A stretch of 64,000 bases of DNA from Eledone cirrhosa. Taxonomy: Eukaryota. The notes beneath the pieces are model-generated. The model was not told the DNA's origin. It ran no database searches and was given only the letters and a program-made list of their open reading frames with translations. Of the stretch, positions 56,992 through 64,000 are shown in pieces (positions within the stretch are counted from its first letter, which is position 1; every line of letters begins with the position of its first letter). The stretch covers positions 127,844,001 to 127,908,000 of the forward strand of contig OZ024745.1 in the NCBI GenBank assembly GCA_964016885.1. The letters are read 5' to 3'. Both the position numbers and the translations under genes were made by a program.

Positions 56992-57164
56992 CACGGTATT
57001 TCCCGGTGTCGAAGACGCTACTTTTTAACTAAAATAAGTCGCAAAAATCTACCACGCATCCTGGAGGACGAAGGTTGTTTAGTATTTTTTTTTACAAATT
57101 TTAGTTGTCAAAATTAGGGTGCGTCCTCGAAAACGAAGCGTCTTCGGCGCCGAGAAATACAGTA
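56992..57164. mobile_element. pogo/Tigger-type MITE
   Basis: Imperfect terminal inverted repeats CGGTATTTCCCGGTGTCGAAGACGCT / AGCGTCTTCGGCGCCGAGAAATACAG-TA. Confidence 0.7.
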
Positions 57165-57200
57165 ACTAGCTCTATGGACTTAAATGTGTGATGCTAGTCC

Positions 57201-57400
57201 NNNNNNNNNNNNNNNNNNNNNNNNNNNNNNNNNNNNNNNNNNNNNNNNNNNNNNNNNNNNNNNNNNNNNNNNNNNNNNNNNNNNNNNNNNNNNNNNNNNN
57301 NNNNNNNNNNNNNNNNNNNNNNNNNNNNNNNNNNNNNNNNNNNNNNNNNNNNNNNNNNNNNNNNNNNNNNNNNNNNNNNNNNNNNNNNNNNNNNNNNNNN
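57201..57400. other. Assembly gap (200 N)
   Basis: Run of N. Confidence 1.
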
Positions 57401-57763
57401 AGAGAGAAAGAGAGAGCAACAGGGAGAGGGGGGGGGGGGGTAGAAAAAGAGAGAAAGAATGAGAGCGTGGGGTGAAACAGGAGAGAGAAAGGTTAGAGTC
57501 TGTATAAGAAAGAGAAAAGGAGAGAGTGGAAAATGATTTGGGATAAGAACGAGTGAAATGGTGGTTGTGTATGTGTGTGTATTTGTGTGGATGTACGTAT
57601 GTGTGGGTATATATGTGCTTGTTTGTGTATGTGTGTGTTTGTGTATGTTTATATGTCTCTGTGAATGTTTATGTGTCTAGTGTAAGGTATATGTTAAATA
57701 AAGAAAAGAGGAAAAGTGCTGGAGACAGAATTTATGAGAGAAATATCTAATTGACTGTACACA

Positions 57764-57896
<133 letters not shown>

Positions 57897-58064
57897 TTAA
57901 TACATTAACATAGAAAGCTATTAGCGATACTCCGACCAATTTCCAACTCACTCAACAAACATTAGGAAATACCTAAGTATATATATATATATATATATAT
58001 ATATAACAAGAAAAAACTTAGTTAAAACCTCGTTAATCCCCTATAAATATATATATATATACAT

Positions 58065-58246
58065 ATAGGAAAAAGTATGACCCCGACGGCAGAGCTCAAG
58101 CCGTTTCAACGGCTATTTCTGGTCGAAACGGCTTGAGCTCTGCCGTCGGAGTCATACTTTTTCCTATTACCCACTCTACTACCCTAAGTATTGAGTACTC
58201 TAGTGCGTTATGGTCCATCTGGTTCCTTACCACAATTCGTTCGTTA
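58065..58246. mobile_element. Family A fold-back element
   Basis: Short inverted arm 58065-58120 plus the full + arm; (TA)n flanks. Confidence 0.85.
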
Positions 58247-58393
58247 TATATACATATATATATGTGTGTGTGTGTTTGAATGAATGAATGTATGTATCAA
58301 TTTGTATGCGTGTGATGTACATGTGTATATATTTATATCTCCCCTGGTTGCTATATTAATATAGGTATGTATGTATTAATGCACGTATATATG

Positions 58394-59183
58394 TTCTTCT
58401 GGTTTTATAATTTCACAAAGTTTTACCAATAGAGGAGAGAGAGTCGGTTTCTAACATAGACACAAGACTCTTTCATTGGAATTTACACATCATCAACTAG
58501 GTAGATATGTATGTATGCATGCATGTGTAGATATGGATGTTATTGTATGTGTGGATGTGTATGTTTTGAGTTGTATGTGTGCATGTGTATATGCTTTGTA
58601 TCTGTACATGTGTATATACAGTTGTCAGATGCAAAATTTTTGGAATGTTTTACATATTTTTACTGTTCCATTAATGGATTGTACTTGTAATTTCCTAACT
58701 AGTTGTGTTCTTCCTGTTCTTGTGAAGCCCAGCTTCTCAAGATTTGTATTGAGGCAGTTACTAACATACCCCAGTGCCCCAATAATCACAGGCATAAATC
58801 TGAAGGTGTAATCAGGGTGGAGTATCTGCAGATTTCTCATCAGTTCTGCATAAATGTTCTCCTTTTCACTAATCATTGATATTATATTGACATCTGCTGA
58901 GCAGCTAATTTCCACTACTGTGCATGTTTTTCTACTCCCTGTCCCATATCATAATATTTGATCTGTTATGCCTGCATTTTATTGGGGTTTTTACTGGAAC
59001 ATTCCACCAGTACTCTTTCATATTATGTACATGGATGTCTTCCACATTGTTGTAGCTTTTAATGTGTTTATTATCGGGGTTATCCTTTTTATGAACTGCT
59101 TTGTACAGTGTTTTGGCCACTACATCATGCCTCATAGGTAGAGAGTACCGCGATGACATCTTTGGACAGCTGCTGATGACATG
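58394..59183 (-). mobile_element. Second R4-like RLE LINE family, 5'-truncated, in (TATG)n
   Basis: HVISSC..RHD..WWN..NRSNI..VEISC..EKENIY..PVIIGALG; frameshift near 58930; 5' junction at (CATA)n. Confidence 0.85.
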
Positions 59184-59408
59184 TATGTATGTATGTATGT
59201 ATGTATGTATGTATGTATGTATGTATGTATGTATGTATGTATGTATGTATGTATTAATGCATGTATATAAGACGTGTAAGTTACTTCAAATAATTTGCTT
59301 AATCTTTATATCCGAGCATCGGAAACATATATGAAGTTACAAATGGTAATCGAACACCGGGTCTCAGTCTTGGATAATCACATGTGTGTGTGTATATATA
59401 TATACATG

Positions 59409-59465
<57 letters not shown>

Positions 59466-59466
59466 C

Positions 59467-59523
<57 letters not shown>

Positions 59524-59536
59524 ATATATATGTGCA

Positions 59537-59587
<51 letters not shown>

Positions 59588-59810
59588 ATGTGTGTGTGTA
59601 TGTGTCTTTGTCTGTGTGTGTGTGTGTGTGCGTATGTGTGTATGCCTGTGTATGTCTGTCTGTGTGTGTGTGTGTATGTCTGTGTATGTCTGTGTGTGTG
59701 TGTGTGTGTGGAAAGACGAAATTACATTGCAGGGAGGTCATTAAATGTTTGAGGACATGTGATAGACAAGGATAGGAACAGCCAGACACGGAAGCAGTCA
59801 AAGACAGCAA

Positions 59811-60190
59811 CTAATTGCTTCTACTTTTGGCACAAGGCCAGCAATAACCCAGTGTATTACTGGTACTTTATTTTATCGACCTCGTAAGGATGAAAGGCAA
59901 ATTTAACCTCGGCGGGATTTGAACTCAGAATGGAAAGGGCCGTAACTCTATGCGACAAATCATGGCGTCCGACTCTCCACCGACACTGCCAATCCACCAA
60001 CAAATAATTGTTTCTACTATTGGCACAAGGCCAGAAATTACCCAGTACATTACTGGTACTTTATTTTATCGACCCCGTAAGGATGAAAGGCAAAGTTAAC
60101 CTCGGCGGGATTTGAACTCAGAATAGCAAGGGCTGTAACTCTATGTATCAAAGCATGGCGTCCGACCCTCTACCGATACTGCCAATCACC
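59811..60190 (-). mobile_element. Head-to-tail SINE dimer
   Basis: Two full copies; CARCAAMTAAT occurs before, between and after them. Confidence 0.88.
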
Positions 60191-60462
60191 AGCAAATAAT
60201 GTTGTGAGATAGATGTCAGAGAAAAAGTGTATTTACACGAGTGTATGAACTTGCGTGTATGTTTGTCTGTATGTGTTTGTGTGTTTATATATATTTAATG
60301 GTTTATATATAATGACGAAGTGAGAAAATGTGAGAGAGAGAACGGGAGAGGGAGTTAGAGGCAAAGGATGGAATTCAAGAAATAAATCATTACTAAATAT
60401 GCAGAATGTTCTGCGCAGTGATACAAAGAGACAAAGCGGTATAGCTAACGATAGAAGTACAC

Positions 60463-60581
<119 letters not shown>

Positions 60582-61380
60582 GTGTGTGTGTGTGTGTCTA
60601 AACAATATAACAGAAAAAATAATAAAGAAATATAAGGATGGGGATTGAGAAGTATCTGCAATAATGTAGTGAGAGGAGGAGAGATAATGAGAGAAGGGGA
60701 AGAGAGAGAGAGGGGGTATAGAGAGAGGGGGGACATATGGGATGAAGAATAAAGTGAGAAAGAAAAGAAAATCGTAGGAAGCGAAATTTGAAACCGCGTC
60801 CCAAAGGCTACAATGCAGAATGATAATTCCCATTATCTGAAACATCATGAAGAGTGAAAATATGATAGGTTGTGGCATGTCACAGAAATACCCCGTGGGT
60901 AGAAAATTATTTATTTGAGTTGCATAGTCATCCCACATCCGCAAAAACGGCCAAGAAAGCAACAAGCAATCACAACAAATAACGAAAAAGCAAACATGAC
61001 GAAATTCAATGGCGGCATGTTGTCGATAGAAATAAAGACGTAGTGACGGGTGTTATTGGCAAAAGAGAAATAAATAGATGTTCAACGGCTGGTAATGTTC
61101 AGATACATAATATATTTCTATATTTCTGTATTATCGGAAGAGTAGATAAAATATATTTAGAGGAATCCTTGTAAGAATTTAGTCAGAAATATATACAGCC
61201 TCAGTCAACACAGACAAAGGGACATGTTTATGTGTTTGAATTGACAAAACAAGGTAATATTTACTAAAAACATGTAGGGGCTTTTATTCATTTATTCCTG
61301 GCTGCGAATCATCTAAATTTTCAGCAGTGATCGGCCGATATCACAATACCATTCTCAGTTGGGTCACATTTTTCAAATAT

Positions 61381-61693
<313 letters not shown>

Positions 61694-61730
61694 TTATATA
61701 TATATATTATTAGAAAGTGAGGTTTTTTAC

Positions 61731-62076
61731 AAAATGAAAAATAACCGAGGTGTCCTACGCGAGTGAAAGTATAAAGGAAAAAAAAAAAAATACATATATA
61801 TATATAAGGAAAAAAGATGAAATCGAAAATGCAACTGGGGTCTTTTTAAGAATATTTATTTGTTTCCTTTACCGGTTTCTCAGTTCTTATCCTTTTTAAA
61901 AGTAGAGTTGAGATGGAGGGTTTGTGAAAAACCACAAACCACAAACAAGCATAAGAACTGTGAAACCGGTAAAGGAATCAAATAAATATTCTCCAAAAGA
62001 CTCCAGCTGCATTTTCGATTTCATCTTTTTTCCTTATACTTTCACTCGTGTAGGACATCTCGTTTTTTTTTCATTT
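61731..62076. mobile_element. Family F fold-back element with arms of about 125 bp
   Basis: 61731-61890 versus 61951-62076; arms contain GAA-ACCGGT-A (HHR 3' half, palindromic stem III). Confidence 0.75.
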
Positions 62077-62375
62077 AAAAAAAAAAACACATTCTCTTAT
62101 ATATATATATACAATCGAATTTGCAACTGCGATTAGCAGTTTTCGAAATCAATCTTCTGAGGCTGGTACGAAGCACTCAATAAGGTGATGTCGATAATTC
62201 GATAAAGTATAGCTCAGAGTAATAACAATACGTTACGGGTGTGAGACAGTGAAAATTGCGACCGGAGACATGTTGCCACATTGACACTACAACAACGAAA
62301 ATACAAACAGGTTAAAGACAAACCTGGACCTGATCGATAGATATATAAATATCGATCGATAGATATTATATAAAT

Positions 62376-62563
62376 CGGTGGATTGGCAGTATTGGTAGAG
62401 AGTCTGACACCATGCTTTGCTGCATAGAGTTACGGCCCTTTATGGTCTGAGTTCAAATCCCGCCGAGGTTAACTTTGCCTTTCATCCTTACGGGGTCGAT
62501 GAAATAAAGTACCAGTAATACACTGGGATAATTGCTGGCTTTGTGCCAAAGTAGAAACAATTA
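62376..62563 (+). mobile_element. tRNA-derived SINE, full length
   Basis: Head, core and tail present; ATTATATAAAT target site duplication. Confidence 0.9.
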
Positions 62564-62934
62564 TATAAATATCTCCGATTGGTTTCTGGGAATACGAAAG
62601 CTACACTCCGAGTTGCAATATGCAAGCCAGTATATGTATGTTAGTTTTTCAGGCTAGACTCATATATTCTAAAGAAAATCATTATTAGATTTATTTGTGT
62701 CAACTTGTGTATTTTATACGAATTCTTAGTTTTGTTTCTGTTTACTTGTCTTGTTGTCTTGTCTTGCTAATTCATATAGCAATCAATTTACTATCCAATT
62801 CAGAATAACACAACAGCATTTTTATTGGAATTGCTACCCGTTACTAATTAATACATCTATAATATACCCATAAGCTTTAAATATGTGTAACACATATATA
62901 TTAACACTGATCAGTTCCCCATGTAATCTTCTTT

Positions 62935-63180
62935 TTCCTCTTCTTCGCCTACATATTCCTGAGAGACTGGTGGGCACAGAGTCCTCAAACATTCCTTCCG
63001 GCGGGGTCATGTAAGAAGCAGCCGTCTTCAACTCATCCGGCTGGTTCGCCAAGCGTTATCAGCCAAGTTCATGGATGTTATCCAATCATCTTGCTCGGGG
63101 TCTACCCCTGGGTCTCCTACCTGTTGTTTTCGCCCGTAAAATCTGTCCAGAGAAATTCTTTCCTGAGAAATTCTAATGAA
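62935..63180 (-). mobile_element. RTE-like 3' fragment
   Basis: ILRAKTTGRRPRGRPRAR.LDNIHELG on the minus strand. Confidence 0.65.
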
Positions 63181-64000
63181 TGTAGTCACTTAGCCAAATT
63201 AAAAGAAACATAGTAATGAGAGTTAAAAAATTAAGGCAACCGACTGCTTTGTCTGATCATTAATTCCCAAGTAAGTGAATTTGTTTGGTTAAATTCTCTT
63301 ATCTCTGTTTCTTTTTTTTTTTTTAACAATGATTGCCAATTTATCTTTTTTTAACGTTCTGTCTCCGAGCAAAATTTCCATGACAGGCAATGGATTACAT
63401 TAATTTTCATTTCCTTACTAGGTATGTTGTTTTAATTTGGTTAACTGACTACTTTAAGAACTGGTGATAGTTAATATTTTAAAGATCTACATCTAGAAAA
63501 CAAACCCGAGCTGATAAAAGCGATTTTCTTTCTTTCTTACTTTCATCTTTTATTTTCTTTCTTTCTTTCTTTCATTTTCTTTCTTTCTTTCATTTTTTCT
63601 TTCTTTCTTCCTGTCTTTCTTTCTTTCTTCCTCTCTCTGTTTCTTTCGTTTTTCCGGTAGTTAATGGAAGATAAACTTGGAAACGGCACCCAAGAGTGTG
63701 TAACACGTCACTCTTCTTCTTCTTCTTCTTCTTTTTCTTCTTCTTCTTCTTCTCATTATTATTATTAATCCACACACACACACACGCGCACGCACAATCA
63801 TACACACATGCGTACAAGGTGCCATATACATTTACATCAAATTATAAAAATATCTTTATCAGTTTAAATATACATATTTGTTATACGATCCACGTGAAAA
63901 TAATCAAATAGCAGTGAAATCTATATAACGCCTCTGATAGCATTGTGAAAGAAGTTATCCGTGATTTAAGTTAAACAAGATAGTGAATCAGATAGCGTGT

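Overview
AT-rich, microsatellite-saturated eukaryotic DNA with no host gene I can support. The SINE and microsatellite make-up suggests an animal, probably a cephalopod such as octopus; this is inference. Almost all long ORFs in the track are translations of simple repeats. Real coding content is retrotransposon-derived: a near-intact L1/Tx1-clade LINE (1-3866), a 5'-truncated Dong/R4-clade restriction-like-endonuclease (RLE) LINE sitting in (TAA)n (17434-19190), and fragments of a second R4-like family, RTE, CRE and an internally deleted Vingi-like element. About 20 copies of a tRNA-headed SINE, piggyBac- and pogo-type MITEs, minisatellites and a 200-N gap are also present. The most notable signal is a multi-family population of short (about 100-350 bp) non-coding elements embedded in (TA)n tracts. 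They carry type I hammerhead ribozyme (HHR) folds or HHR 3' halves of the Penelope/retrozyme kind, and many are fold-back palindromes with the axis in or near the ribozyme. One family shows compensatory stem changes between copies inside this window. All folds and alignments were read by eye and boundaries are approximate.
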